From Nitrosopumilaceae archaeon (GTDB lineage Archaea; Thermoproteota; Nitrososphaeria; Nitrososphaerales; Nitrosopumilaceae), in assembly GCA_965200155.1 (NCBI GenBank), contig CBDATR010000034.1:64001-128000 (forward strand): a DNA stretch of 64,000 nucleotides. Direction: 5' to 3'. The notes beneath the pieces are model-generated. The model saw only the letters and a list, made by a program, of their open reading frames with translations. It was not told the origin of the DNA and searched no databases. The translations under genes and the position numbers were made by a program. How positions within the stretch are numbered: position 1 is the stretch's first letter; the number at the start of each line of letters is the position of its first letter. Below are positions 31,444-42,320 of the stretch, in pieces.

Positions 31444-31883
31444 CCAAAACCGAGATATACTTTGCCACCCGCAAGACCGCCAGCGCCTTTGTTCACATAA
31501 AGCGGGGAAGCGGTAGCATTCGCGTAAACAACATTCCGGTAGAAATGATTCCCATAGAGATAGCCAGGGAGACCATACTGGCCCCCGTCGAGGTAGCGGG
31601 CGAGATACGGAACAAGGTGGATATTTCTGTCCGCGTCAGGGGAGGCGGCTACATGGGCCAGGCAGGTGCGGCAGCCATTGCCATATCCAGAGCCTTGGTA
31701 GGCTGGACAAAGTCCCGCAAGGAACCCCGGGATCACCCACTACAAAAACCCGTTCGTGACGACTTGCGGAAACTCATAACCGAGTATGACAAGTACCTGA
31801 TAAGCGGCGATGCCCGGCGCAAGGAGCCCAAAAAGTTTGGCGGCCCCGGTGCACGCAGGCGAAAACAGAAATCATACCGATGA
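31440..31883 (+). CDS. rps9: 30S ribosomal protein S9
   Basis: GGGYMGQA, EPKKFGGPGARRRKQKSYR. Confidence 0.97.
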   Translation: MTKTEIYFATRKTASAFVHIKRGSGSIRVNNIPVEMIPIEIARETILAPVEVAGEIRNKVDISVRVRGGGYMGQAGAAAIAISRALVGWTKSRKEPRDHPLQKPVRDDLRKLITEYDKYLISGDARRKEPKKFGGPGARRRKQKSYR

Positions 31884-32629
31884 GGGCGGTCATAATGGCC
31901 GGTGGCCAGGGTACGAGAGCGCGTCCATTTACAAATCATTTTCCCAAGGCCATGATGCCAATTCTGGGCCGCCCCATGATAGAATACATTATTGACCATC
32001 TGGAGCGATGTGACATCATATCTGATATCATAATAATCTGTGATCTGTCTGGACTGGGTGGACAGATAGAGCACCACTATTCTGGCTACACTGGCAAAAA
32101 AATAACATTCATCCAGGACTCGGGTCAGGGGACCGGCGGAGACTTGCTGCACGCTCCACTCCAGAACGAGTCAGAGTTCCTTTTGTGGTTCTGCGACAAC
32201 CTGTGCAGCCTGGACATTGTTGCAATGCTGGAGCGGTATCGTGACAAGCATTCGCTGGCATGCATCGCTACCCGTAAACATCGCCAGGAGGAGACCGGCT
32301 TCGCAGATGTCTCTGACGGAATAATAACCAGTTTCCGGGAAAAGCCAATCCTGGAGTTACCATTCCATGAGTGCCTGGGCATGTACATCCTTAATGGCTC
32401 CCTCCTAGACATGATAAGGCAAAAGGGGGGTCCTGTTAATCTCTCATATGATATCTTGCAAAACCTGCCCCTGGGTAGCATATCCGCTCATGACATTGGT
32501 GATTCCCGCTGGATTGACGCCGAGTCGCCCGCCATTATAGAACGGAATCAAAAGTACGTCTCTCACATTATACGTTCCATGAGCGATCATTCCTCTCATA
32601 GTTCTCAATCACAGACTCGTACTTCATAG
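31880..32629 (+). CDS. Sugar-phosphate nucleotidyltransferase family protein
   Basis: AVIMAGGQGTRARPFT..PK, GTGG, FREKP. Confidence 0.88.
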   Translation: MRAVIMAGGQGTRARPFTNHFPKAMMPILGRPMIEYIIDHLERCDIISDIIIICDLSGLGGQIEHHYSGYTGKKITFIQDSGQGTGGDLLHAPLQNESEFLLWFCDNLCSLDIVAMLERYRDKHSLACIATRKHRQEETGFADVSDGIITSFREKPILELPFHECLGMYILNGSLLDMIRQKGGPVNLSYDILQNLPLGSISAHDIGDSRWIDAESPAIIERNQKYVSHIIRSMSDHSSHSSQSQTRTS

Positions 32630-33128
32630 TCTGGGCAATCTCGTCTAGCCCTTCCAGTAGAATGGTGCGTTTGTACGGATCAATCCGGAATGGTATCGTT
32701 CTAGCAGGTAATGTTATCACCTGTTTCTCCAGATTCACCGTAACGGGGCCCCTCTCGTCCATCATATCGTTGGTATCGTCAAGTCGTATAGGCAAGACGC
32801 CATTCTTGATACAATTGCTGTAAAATATCTCCGCAAAGGATGTGGAGATTATCACATCGAAGCCGTAATCTTTTAGAGCCCAGACTGCGTGCTCCCGGGA
32901 CGAGCCGCACCCAAAGTTGTCCCCGGCCACCAGTATGCGCGAGCCACGGTACCGGGAGTCATTCAGTACAAAGGCAGTACTTTTCATCCTGTCATAGAAC
33001 AGGTATCGGCCAAATCCGCTGCGTGTAACCAGTTTCAGGAACTGCTTTGGTATTATTTGATCCGTGTCTATGTTGGGCTCCGGCAGGGGCGTCACAATTG
33101 ATTGCACAGTCCGGAATGGTTCCATCAT
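32568..33128 (-). CDS. leuD: 3-isopropylmalate dehydratase small subunit
   Basis: [24 protein letters not shown]. Confidence 0.93.
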   Translation of the reverse strand: MMEPFRTVQSIVTPLPEPNIDTDQIIPKQFLKLVTRSGFGRYLFYDRMKSTAFVLNDSRYRGSRILVAGDNFGCGSSREHAVWALKDYGFDVIISTSFAEIFYSNCIKNGVLPIRLDDTNDMMDERGPVTVNLEKQVITLPARTIPFRIDPYKRTILLEGLDEIAQTMKYESVIENYERNDRSWNV

Positions 33129-34552
33129 AATTCCCGTATGTCCACAAAGCGTCCGTGTATTGCTGCGGCCGCAGCCATTGCCGGACTCACTAGGTGAGTA
33201 CGGCCGCCTGTTCCCTGCCTGCCCTCAAAGTTGCGATTGGACGTACTGGCGCACCGCTGTCCGGGCTCTAGTATGTCCGGGTTCATACCCAGACACATGC
33301 TGCATCCGGAGTTGCGCCATTCAAAGCCCGCCTTTGTAAATATATCGTCCAGCCCAAGCTTCTCGGCCTCGTGCTTTACCATCTGCGAGCCCGGCACCAC
33401 CATGGCCCTGACGTTTTGCGCCACGCGATTCCCCTGAATTATACCGGCGGCCTCCTGCAAGTCCTCTAATCTTGCATTAGTGCAGGAGCCAATGAATACC
33501 CTGTCTATCATTATATCGGTTACATGGGTCCCCGGTTCCAGGTCCATATACTGCAATGCCCTTGTGGCGCCTTTCTCCGCGTTCAGGTTATCCTTCCCGT
33601 ACTCTTCCGGGTGCGGGATGGTCTCGGTTACATCACAGGTCATGGCCGGGTTGGTCCCCCATGATACCTGGGGCGCCACCATGCCCACATCTATCGTGTA
33701 TGACCTGGCAAAGTGGGCCATTCTGTCACTGTATAACGTATCCTTCCAATGCTCCACCATTTCATCATAGTTATTCGGGGTAAACTGCCTGTCCCTCAGG
33801 TAATCATAGGTGGTATCATCGGGCGCCACCATTCCCGCCCGGGCTCCACCCTCTATGGACATGTTGCATATGGTCATTCTCTGCTCCATGGTCATGTTAC
33901 TCACTGCCTCCCCCATGTACTGGAATACGAATCCGGTACCGCCCGCCGTTCCGATGCTGCGTATGAGGTATAGTATGAGGTCCTTGGCAGTTATCCCCTT
34001 CTTTAGTACGCCATCCATGATAATGCTGTATGATTCAGGCTTCTCCAGCCACAGTGTCTGGGTTGCCAGGACATGCTCTACCTCGCTGGTGCCTATTCCT
34101 AGTGCATATGCGCCAAAGGCCCCGTGGGTGGATGTATGAGAGTCACCGCAGGCTATTGTAGTGCCGGGGAGAGTTATTCCCATCTGCGGTCCTATAACGT
34201 GGACTATGCCCTGATTCGGGCTGTCCATGCCAAACAGTTTGATGCCGTATTCCTGGCAGTTCCGCTCCAGTGCGTGTATCTGGGTTGCCGATGTCCTGTC
34301 TATTATGGGCAGGCCCCGCTTCTCTGTCGGTATGTTATGGTCTACCGTAGCAAAGGTCAGGTCGGGTCTGCGCACAGACCTGCCCACCAGCCTTAATCCG
34401 TCAAATGCCTGCGGTGATGTCACCTCGTGTACCATGTGCCTGTCTACATATATGAGGGACTGGTTGTCACGGGTTGTTATAACGTGAGAATCCCATATCT
34501 TTTCAAAGAGCGTTCTGTCCATTTCACTCGGGCTTGTATTTGAATATACCAC
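33125..34552 (-). CDS. leuC: 3-isopropylmalate dehydratase large subunit
   Basis: [29 protein letters not shown]. Confidence 0.95.
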   Translation of the reverse strand: MVYSNTSPSEMDRTLFEKIWDSHVITTRDNQSLIYVDRHMVHEVTSPQAFDGLRLVGRSVRRPDLTFATVDHNIPTEKRGLPIIDRTSATQIHALERNCQEYGIKLFGMDSPNQGIVHVIGPQMGITLPGTTIACGDSHTSTHGAFGAYALGIGTSEVEHVLATQTLWLEKPESYSIIMDGVLKKGITAKDLILYLIRSIGTAGGTGFVFQYMGEAVSNMTMEQRMTICNMSIEGGARAGMVAPDDTTYDYLRDRQFTPNNYDEMVEHWKDTLYSDRMAHFARSYTIDVGMVAPQVSWGTNPAMTCDVTETIPHPEEYGKDNLNAEKGATRALQYMDLEPGTHVTDIMIDRVFIGSCTNARLEDLQEAAGIIQGNRVAQNVRAMVVPGSQMVKHEAEKLGLDDIFTKAGFEWRNSGCSMCLGMNPDILEPGQRCASTSNRNFEGRQGTGGRTHLVSPAMAAAAAIHGRFVDIREL

Positions 34553-35015
34553 CAGCCCTTATTATGTCTAGTATTATACCGGGGAACGGTTTTGTGTCAT
34601 ATGTCTTGTTTGTAGTGTGATTGGTGACCGTATTTGTCTCAATGTCCAGGTCTATGGTATCGCCGTCCGATATGCCGTTATACGCGTCATTGTCTATCTC
34701 AACCGGTAACAGAAAGGCACCATCAACACAGTTGCGGTAGAATATTCTGGCAAAGGAGGGTGCCAGTACCGCCTTGATGCCCGACTGCGATAAGGCAATG
34801 GGGGCGTGCTCCCGGGACGAGCCGCACCCGAAATTCCTTCCCGCCAGTATGTATGTTCCATTTTTTGCATGAAATTTATCATCCAGTCCCTCCATGGCGT
34901 GAGTCGCCAGCTCGTTGTAATCGTGTATCTTTAGGTACTGGCCGGGTATTATGACATCCGTATCTATATTGTCCCTGTCATACTTTATGACTTTGCCACT
35001 CATATCATATGTCAC
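34524..35015 (-). CDS. Homoaconitase/IPMI-family small subunit
   Basis: [19 protein letters not shown]. Confidence 0.9.
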   Translation of the reverse strand: MTYDMSGKVIKYDRDNIDTDVIIPGQYLKIHDYNELATHAMEGLDDKFHAKNGTYILAGRNFGCGSSREHAPIALSQSGIKAVLAPSFARIFYRNCVDGAFLLPVEIDNDAYNGISDGDTIDLDIETNTVTNHTTNKTYDTKPFPGIILDIIRAGGIFKYKPE

Positions 35016-36273
35016 CGGGGTTAGTTATGCGGCCCGTTATGGCGGAGGCCGCGGCCACTGCCGGGGATGCCAGATAGGTGCGGGAACCTGCATGTCCCAT
35101 GCGGCCGGGAAAGTTACGATTAGTGGTACTTATGCAGACCTCGCCGTCTGCCAGTACTCCCATGTGGGCACCACAGCAGGCGCCGCATGTGGGCGGCCCT
35201 ACGGTGGCTCCCGCGTCTATCATTATGTCTACCAGCCCGCCCTTTATTGCTCGCCGGTATATGGATATTGTAGCGGGCAGTACCTCTGTTCTTATCCTGA
35301 CACTCCTGCCCTTGAGTATGCGGGCTGCCGCCTCCAGATCCTCGTACTTTGCACCGGTACAGGAGCCAATGTATGCCTTGTCCAGTTCTTCGGATGGAGC
35401 CTCGGAGACGGGGACCACATTATCAGGCGAGTATGGCTTGGCCACTACCGGTACCAGGGTTTCCGCATCATACTCTCTGGTATCATGATATGATGCGGTA
35501 TTATTCCGTTCCATGGTTTTCACGTTGTGGGCACCCCGTCCCTCCAGGTATGATACAGTTTTTTCATCCGCGGGCATTATCCCGTTCTTGGCTCCTGCCT
35601 CCGTAGTCATGTTGCATATGGTGAGTCTGTCCTCTACGGACATGCTCCTTATGGTGCTCCCGTCAAACTCCATGGCCCTGTATGCGGCGCCCTCAGTTCC
35701 CATGTCGCCAATTATACTAAGTATGACATCTTTGGCCATGACATCACGGGGCAGGGTCCCGTCAATCTTTATGTGAATGGTCTCCGGAATGCGGAACCAA
35801 ATGCGTCCCTTTAGCAGTACGTATGCCATGTCCGTGTGTCCCAAGCCACAGGCAAAGGCGCCCAGGGCACCCGTGGTATTTGTATGAGAGTCGCCGCCGA
35901 CGTATACCTCTCCTGGTAATACAAGGGCCTCCTCATGAGAGAGCGAGTGGCATATACCATACTGGCCCATGCCATACTTGAAGTGCCTTTCTATACCGTG
36001 GGACTTGGTGAATTTGGACAGTTTTATGATATTCTGCGCCGATATCTTCTCCGCGGAGGGCACAAAGTGGTCCTCGGCAACCCATACCTTGGTGGGGTCC
36101 CACAGCCTGTCTGTGGGTATGCCCTGTTTTCTCAGCTTCTCAAAGACCTTCATGACTCCCGGTCCTGACACGTCATGAATCATTGCCTTGTCCACGTTCG
36201 CGAATACCACGTCTCCCGGTGATACCCTGTCCTTTCCGGATGCGCGTGCAAGTATCTTCTCGGTAAGGTTCAT
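35005..36273 (-). CDS. Homoaconitase/IPMI-family large subunit (archaeal type)
   Basis: DSHT, GSCTG, CGAC, STTNRNFPGRMG. Confidence 0.92.
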   Translation of the reverse strand: MNLTEKILARASGKDRVSPGDVVFANVDKAMIHDVSGPGVMKVFEKLRKQGIPTDRLWDPTKVWVAEDHFVPSAEKISAQNIIKLSKFTKSHGIERHFKYGMGQYGICHSLSHEEALVLPGEVYVGGDSHTNTTGALGAFACGLGHTDMAYVLLKGRIWFRIPETIHIKIDGTLPRDVMAKDVILSIIGDMGTEGAAYRAMEFDGSTIRSMSVEDRLTICNMTTEAGAKNGIMPADEKTVSYLEGRGAHNVKTMERNNTASYHDTREYDAETLVPVVAKPYSPDNVVPVSEAPSEELDKAYIGSCTGAKYEDLEAAARILKGRSVRIRTEVLPATISIYRRAIKGGLVDIMIDAGATVGPPTCGACCGAHMGVLADGEVCISTTNRNFPGRMGHAGSRTYLASPAVAAASAITGRITNPGDI

Positions 36274-36322
36274 GGTACTGGAATAAATCCGCGGGATTTT
36301 AAAACTTTGGCAGGATATGTTG

Positions 36323-36648
36323 GTAATCGTTTGTATGAGTTCACGTCTTCCGGAATCTTATGCACAAATCACATTAACTAGAACAACCTGTTCCATCAGT
36401 TATGCGTAAATTTAGACACAGGTGAACTCATACAATCGTTTAGGTCGCTCAAGTAATTTTCTGTATATGCTACCAAGGCAGAGACCAAATCCTGTAATTC
36501 ATTTCGTTCGTGACATTTGCATAACAAGGTATCCCAGCATTAGGCTTGCAGGAACCATTCCCTACCGTTTTAGGATATGGTTTGCTTATGCTTACCGGAT
36601 TTTGTGCCATGAAAACGCGTCTCAATTCGGCGCAACCTAAACGGTTAC
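36323..36648. mobile_element. MITE-2 subfamily b with MITE-1 inserted in its left TIR
   Basis: GTAATCGTTT[MITE-1]AATCGTTTAGGTC...CCTAAACGGTTAC. Confidence 0.8.
36333..36433. mobile_element. MITE-1 variant A
   Basis: TIR; TSD AATCGTTT. Confidence 0.95.
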
Positions 36649-36666
36649 CCACAAGGGGTGCTCATG

Positions 36667-36764
36667 GTAACAGTTTAGGTCACTCATGCAGGGAATACCA
36701 TGGTGGAAAACGCAAGATTTGTGGTGTCCTCAAACGGTTGCTCGAGGGCGCCTTAAACGGTTAT
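36667..36764. mobile_element. Short MITE-2
   Basis: GTAACAGTTTAGGTCAC...TAAACGGTTAT. Confidence 0.6.
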
Positions 36765-36970
36765 GGGGACGATTTTTATGCATGTGCCGGGAGATAGTAA
36801 TGGTGTGGAAAAAAGTATAGATGATATGTTCGATGAAATGATACTGGGGGACTGAAGATGAAAGAAATAGTTTCCACTTTTACACAAAAAGATGAAGAGT
36901 TTGACGTGAATGGTATAGGCTTGGGTACCAATTCGTGAATTACCAAACTTATCCGGGATAGAAAAGGAGA

Positions 36971-37227
36971 TTGATAAAGAAGCGGCAAAGGGCAGTCCTG
37001 TTTACAAAGTTAGACGAAAATATGTCGCAAAATTATCCAAAATCACAGGACGAAACACAATACTGTTCCGGATGGTTGCAGAAACCAAGCATACCGATCA
37101 AACAGCTCGTGTCAATTAACGACGATGAAAATGGGTTCATGACAACAGTAAATGGTCTCAATACTTCCAAAGGGCTTGACTTGATACTTCATACACCGGG
37201 AGGAGATGTGGGAGCAACAGAATCAAT
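36971..37227 (+). pseudogene. ClpP-class/SDH family protease remnant truncated by MITE
   Basis: [18 protein letters not shown]. Confidence 0.7.
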
Positions 37228-37309
37228 GTATGAGTTCATGCCTTCGCCAATCAGTGCCTGAATCTCTGCGATCCGCCGTGCATAAATTTAGACGGAGATG
37301 AACTCATAC
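37228..37309. mobile_element. Diverged MITE-1 relative
   Basis: GTATGAGTTCAT...ATGAACTCATAC, 82 bp. Confidence 0.75.
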
Positions 37310-37760
37310 CAATGAACCGTTCCATGCGCGAGAACCGGGTAGGCGAGTTCCGCCGGAAAGTAGTACAAAAGTGCGAGGCACTGGGGATTGAATTGATATT
37401 TGTGCCAGCGAAATACACGAGGGGGCGGTTTACCCGCCCAACGGTATGAGTTCACCTGTGTCTAAATTTACGCATAACTGATCGCGACCGTTAATGTGAT
37501 TTGTGCATAAGATTCCGGAAGACGTGAACTCATACGCCCAACGAGCCAGACCTGTCATGCGTGCGGGCACCATTCCAAGGATTCTAGATTAACCAGGGAC
37601 ACTTTCAATATGTAACCAGTAATTTCACGCCGATATCAACGCGGCGTTTAGTAACCGGTTTCCCTGTGTGGGGCGGCAGAGCGTGTCGTCCGGGAGGCGG
37701 GGAACAGTTCCCCGCCCAACCGGAGGCGTCAGGGCGGGAATAATGGTGACAAGCCAAAGC
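37310..37760 (+). pseudogene. tnpB: TnpB C-terminal remnant
   Basis: VPAKYTSQTCHACG (after removing inserts), HADINAA. Confidence 0.8.
37444..37535. mobile_element. MITE-1 variant B
   Basis: TIR; TSD GCCCAACG. Confidence 0.95.
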
Positions 37761-37838
37761 CATGTACTGTCCGGGAACGAGATGCCATGTTCTCAAAGAC
37801 TTATGGTGACCACTGTATGCCAACTTCCACACAATAGG

Positions 37839-39083
37839 AGTTTGTTGCATAACTGACTTTGACAGAATACAGGTTCCCCATGTCGTAATCTACGTTACTG
37901 CCGCGTCCGCCCACTCGTTGCACTCGTATGTTATCCCATTTCCGCGCCATTAATCCGTGCCCGAATAATCGTTTGAACGGGAACCGGCTCTGATTATCTC
38001 GATTATCCATCGCCTGTTGTACCCTTTTGCCGCCTTCCAGTACTGCTTGTTTTCGGCCTTTTCCTCATCAGAAAGGCGGAAAATGGGCGATTCCGGGCTT
38101 CCTCCAAGACTGCAAGTCCCCATGAGTCGCCTTTCCTTTGGTGGAATTTAGCTGAAGTGGAATGGTTGTCCGGATTCGATTATCACTGCACAATTTCATG
38201 TTATCCCTGGACGCGTATGCGCCATCTGCAAGCAACTCGAGGTTGCATGCGCGCTTCTCATCATTATTCAGTAAGAGGGACACACCGTTAGTCAGCGCCT
38301 TTCCGGGTTGTGGCTTATCTGTTGGTCCTGCCAGGGATGGCAACTGTTGCAATGGGTCCGGAACTTTCCAATTCCAGGGTGATCAAGTATAGGTGTGTTA
38401 TTACAGCGGGCCATAATGTTGCAATGGGTCCGGAACTTTCCAATTCCAGGGTGTGCTCCCTGTCCAGTTGTGGCTCTTCTGCATACGAGTCCAGTACTGC
38501 ATTGTTTAACATGCGCGTATCCCCAACCCACTCGCCGGTAACCGTAAATGCATATGCTCTCCCAGTCCGCGAGCATTGATGAATCCGCGCCTCTTTTTCC
38601 ATTTGGTTCTAATCCACTCGCCACGATTCAAGGCCGGTCGAGTTAACAATCATGGTTCTAGTTAGCTTTTTGTCTGTGCCGACAATCATACCATTCCCCT
38701 TCTATGTCAAGATCTTTTCCGCGTCTGTAGTGGAGTAGTGCGGGGTTTGGTGTCCTTCCAGTAGTCCTGCAAGGAATCCGGATACCTGCCTGTATCTCAT
38801 ACCTAATGCCGTTCTCAGTGTCATGTAACATGTCCACGACATACCGGTAGGGAGCACCCTCCTTTATGGTTGGCCTTTTCAATCCCATACATGATCAAAG
38901 CCAAATAGCCTTCCGCTGGACGTACTTGCATTGTCGGTGAATACCATCAAGTTTGTTTAAAATATCTCAGATATTAATGCTTGGATCCAAGTTAGTAATC
39001 ACTATGACAGAATAAACGAAAATACTCAAACCGTTTCTCACATACATTTTTGATCTAACTTGTTTGGAGTTATACAACAAAGT
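37839..39083 (-). mobile_element. IS5 (IS903-group) element, decayed
   Basis: IS903-like ends GAGTTTGTTGCATAACT / AGTTATACAACAAAG; fragments VTGEWVGD, ADGAYASRDN, FKRLFG. Confidence 0.75.
38345..38453. CRISPR. Repeat-insert-repeat unit (37-35-37 bp), CRISPR-like
   Basis: Perfect 37-bp repeats 38345-38381 and 38417-38453; minus strand ends CCCATTGCAAC(A) with internal hairpin; no cas genes in window. Confidence 0.45.
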
Positions 39084-39122
39084 ACACAATAGTTAATATT
39101 TACATGCACTAGAGCGAATAGC

Positions 39123-39311
39123 ATGGACGTATTGATGGGCTTGGTAATTGTAACCATAATACTGGCGGGAGGCTGGGTTGGATACCATTCATGGCAGCAT
39201 TCCATGGAGGAAGGTTATGACTCCGGTGAGGCGCACGCAATAGGGCCGGAACAGCAGCTTGTACTATATGACGGGTCACATACTGGTATTGTAATTGCCT
39301 CTAACCGATAG
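39123..39311 (+). CDS. Small hypothetical membrane protein
   Basis: N-terminal TM helix; TATA-like element upstream. Confidence 0.5.
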   Translation: MDVLMGLVIVTIILAGGWVGYHSWQHSMEEGYDSGEAHAIGPEQQLVLYDGSHTGIVIASNR

Positions 39312-39501
39312 GGAGATAATACTGGTGCACATATCAAACGCGCTAACCGTATATGCTATAGGCCGCGCGGAGAATCGCATACCGGTCCATACCACACCGC
39401 ACCAGTTTGTCTATGATTCCATTCCGGAGAAATTCCGGCCCAATCTTGGTGCGGACTTGATAGACGAGATATTTGCAGCTATCCAAACGGTTCATAAATA
39501 G
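39295..39501 (+). CDS. Small hypothetical protein
   Basis: 68-aa ORF co-oriented with and directly before purP. Confidence 0.6.
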   Translation: MPLTDREIILVHISNALTVYAIGRAENRIPVHTTPHQFVYDSIPEKFRPNLGADLIDEIFAAIQTVHK

Positions 39502-39523
39502 CGCCCAAATGCAATATTTTGGT

Positions 39524-40540
39524 ATGGTTGCCATCTCTACGCTGGGTTCGCATTGCGCCCTGCAGGTGCTCAAGGGTGCCAAGGACGAGGGCCTAGATAC
39601 CATACTGGTCTGCGAGAAGCGCCGCCTCTCCCTGTATGGCCGTTTCCCGTTCATTGACAAGATAATTCCCGTTGACTCCTTTGCGGAGATAATGACCGAC
39701 TCGTACATGACTGCCTTGCAGGACTCCGTACTGATACCCCATGGCACGCTGGTGGCCCAGATGGAGCCGGATACTATCGAGTCCATTTCTGTACCGGTAT
39801 TTGGTAACAAGTACATACTCCGGTGGGAGTCGGATCGCGCACTGAAAGAGAGAATGATGATCCAGGCGCGCCTGCCCGTACCAAACGCCGTGGCATCACC
39901 GGATGACATAGCATCACAGGTAATAGTAAAGCGACAGGGCGCTGCTGGTGGCAAGGGGTATTTCATGGCATCCTCCCCGCAGCAGTTCCGGGACCGGCGC
40001 GACTCGTTGGTGGCCAGCGGAGTAATATCTGATGACGAGCAGTTATACATACAGGAGTATATAGCTGGCGTACTGGCATACTTGCAGTTCTTTTATTCCC
40101 CTCTCAGGGGCGAGGTGGAATTTTACGGATGCGACCAGCGTCACGAGTCCGATATTGAGGGTCTTGCCAGGATACCATCATCCAGCCAGAACCGGGACTG
40201 GGTACCCTCATTCAATGTCATAGGGAATAGTCCACTCTTCCTAAGGGAGTCCCTTCTTGATGAGGCCTACAAGATGGCTGATCGTTTCGTAAAAGCTGCC
40301 AAAGATCTTGCCCCGCCGGGTATGAACGGCCCCTTCTGCATAGAGGGCGTCTATGACGGGGATGGCAGGTTTTCATCATTCGAGTTTTCCGCCCGTATAG
40401 TGGCAGGTACCAGCATCCACATGGATGGCTCCCCGTACTATACGATGCTCTTTGGCCAGCCACTGAGTATGGGAAGGCGCATAGCCCGGGAGATAAAAAA
40501 CGCCAATGACCGTGGCCAGCTAGATATGGTGACCACCTGA
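39524..40540 (+). CDS. purP: PurP-family formate-dependent AICAR formyltransferase (ATP-grasp)
   Basis: TLGSHCALQVLKGAKDEG, IPHG, RESLL, FEFSARIVAGT. Confidence 0.92.
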   Translation: MVAISTLGSHCALQVLKGAKDEGLDTILVCEKRRLSLYGRFPFIDKIIPVDSFAEIMTDSYMTALQDSVLIPHGTLVAQMEPDTIESISVPVFGNKYILRWESDRALKERMMIQARLPVPNAVASPDDIASQVIVKRQGAAGGKGYFMASSPQQFRDRRDSLVASGVISDDEQLYIQEYIAGVLAYLQFFYSPLRGEVEFYGCDQRHESDIEGLARIPSSSQNRDWVPSFNVIGNSPLFLRESLLDEAYKMADRFVKAAKDLAPPGMNGPFCIEGVYDGDGRFSSFEFSARIVAGTSIHMDGSPYYTMLFGQPLSMGRRIAREIKNANDRGQLDMVTT

Positions 40541-41335
40541 GGCAGTCTGCTTATCTATACCGCGCTGCGACTTTACTACGTATAGGTCACGAAGTTTCGT
40601 ACTAATGAAATCTATCACAAGTACCAGAACCAGCACCACAAGCATAAAGAATGCTGCCTTGCCATACTCAAAGAACCTGATATGCGTAATTATGTAGAAT
40701 CCAATCCCCCCTGCCCCCACGATTCCCAGTATACTGGACTGCCTGACGTTATAGTCGAACATGTACAACAGGTGGCCTAAAAGGTGGGACGCGGACTCGG
40801 GTATTACCACGTGCCTTATCATCTGCAGTTTCGACAGTCCGATGGAACCTGCTGCATCCATTGGTTCCACATCTATGGACTCTATTGACTCATACTGCAT
40901 CTTTGCCACAAAGCCTACCGTATACATGATTATTGCAAGTATCCCAGCAAAGGGGCTGGGGCCCACCATTATGACGAATAGCAGCGCCCACAGTATGGCG
41001 GGAAACATTCGGAGGGCGGCCAGCAACATGCGCATGGGGGCGTACACCCACTTGCCCATAACGTTGCGGGATGCCAAGAGACCCATGGGCAGTGCTATGC
41101 CATATCCCACCACGGTTCCTACAAATGCCATCTGTACGGTCTCCAGCATGGACCACAGTGCGCGCTCCAGCATTCTTTGGTCTACTTCCTGTAGCTCTTC
41201 TACTATCTCGTCCATGACCAATGCCAAATTGGGCAGGCCTTCCACAAACTCCTGGGGACTGGCCTCCATGTTCCATGATATGGCAATTACTGCTGCGACT
41301 ATGACTGCTATGGTGATGTTAGTCTTGGGGGTCAT
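40520..41335 (-). CDS. phnE: Phosphonate ABC transporter permease
   Basis: FDYNVRQSSILGIVGAGGIG. Confidence 0.92.
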   Translation of the reverse strand: MTPKTNITIAVIVAAVIAISWNMEASPQEFVEGLPNLALVMDEIVEELQEVDQRMLERALWSMLETVQMAFVGTVVGYGIALPMGLLASRNVMGKWVYAPMRMLLAALRMFPAILWALLFVIMVGPSPFAGILAIIMYTVGFVAKMQYESIESIDVEPMDAAGSIGLSKLQMIRHVVIPESASHLLGHLLYMFDYNVRQSSILGIVGAGGIGFYIITHIRFFEYGKAAFFMLVVLVLVLVIDFISTKLRDLYVVKSQRGIDKQTASGGHHI

Positions 41336-42101
41336 TGTACATTTCCATTATCTCTTGAGTGGTACAGTTGCCTGTATGAAATGATGTTATTCTCCTGTCA
41401 CACAATCCAAGCTCCATAACCTTCTTGCCATGCTGTATGAGCGCAACATGGTCCGCAAACTCCAGAGCCAGATCCACGTTATGGTGTATCATGACGGCTG
41501 TAAGCTCGCTCCCCTTCTGGATCTCCGCTACTAGACTCATCACTTCCCGGGCGGTCTTGTCGTCCAGTTCAGAAAGCATCTCGTCGGCGAGCAGAATAGT
41601 CGGCCTCTGCATGAATGCCCTGGCAATAGCGACCCTTCTCTTCTCGCCGCCACTGAGCATGTACACCTTGCGATACTCCTTGCCTGACAATCCAACCTGC
41701 TCCAGTATCTCCAGTGCGCGTTCAGTCTCCTCTGCCGGATAGCGCTTGATAAGCGAGTCTAACTTTTTCATGCGGGGCAGCGCCCCTATCATTACGTTAT
41801 CAAAGACGGTGGAATTGCGCACCAAGCCCAGGTGTTGTGGTATGTATCCTATGTGGGACATCACCGATCTAAACCTGCGACTGCCCTGGTCCGGAGTGTG
41901 ACCGTCCACCGCTATACTGCCCTTGTACGGCATCATGAGTCCGTTCATAAGCTTGAGGAGGGTGGATTTGCCGGATCCTGAAGTACCCACTATGGCATAG
42001 TTGGAATTTTTCTTTATATCCATATTTATCTCCTGCAGTATTATGCTTTTCTTGTTGTAAGATGCCCAGACATCATTCATGCGAATTATGCTATCCGGCA
42101 T
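41319..42101 (-). CDS. phnC: Phosphonate ABC transporter ATPase
   Basis: GTSGSGKST, LSGGE, LLADE. Confidence 0.9.
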   Translation of the reverse strand: MPDSIIRMNDVWASYNKKSIILQEINMDIKKNSNYAIVGTSGSGKSTLLKLMNGLMMPYKGSIAVDGHTPDQGSRRFRSVMSHIGYIPQHLGLVRNSTVFDNVMIGALPRMKKLDSLIKRYPAEETERALEILEQVGLSGKEYRKVYMLSGGEKRRVAIARAFMQRPTILLADEMLSELDDKTAREVMSLVAEIQKGSELTAVMIHHNVDLALEFADHVALIQHGKKVMELGLCDRRITSFHTGNCTTQEIMEMYNDPQD

Positions 42102-42320
42102 ATCTTGGGACTAGAGTGGCTAAATATATAACAAATGTTTCATGGAGAATTAAATTTTCTGAGATATGCCTGTCATAATGTTGCGTAATTAATTTGCGCA
42201 ATGTTCGCGCAATGTATTACAACTATTCATATAGTAATTGGAAAGACGTGAACTCTATTTGTATTCCACAATTGTAGAATTATATTTTATAATTATGTTA
42301 ACGAGGCACAAAAAAAAACA

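Noticed and set aside
32568-36273. Two tandem aconitase-family gene pairs as novelty
   Set aside because: Consistent with LeuCD plus a homoaconitase-type paralog pair, ordinary for archaeal biosynthesis.
37310-37760. Functional TnpB/Cas12-like system linked to the mini-array at 38345
   Set aside because: tnpB is only a disrupted C-terminal fragment, and the repeat unit lies inside a separate IS5 remnant.
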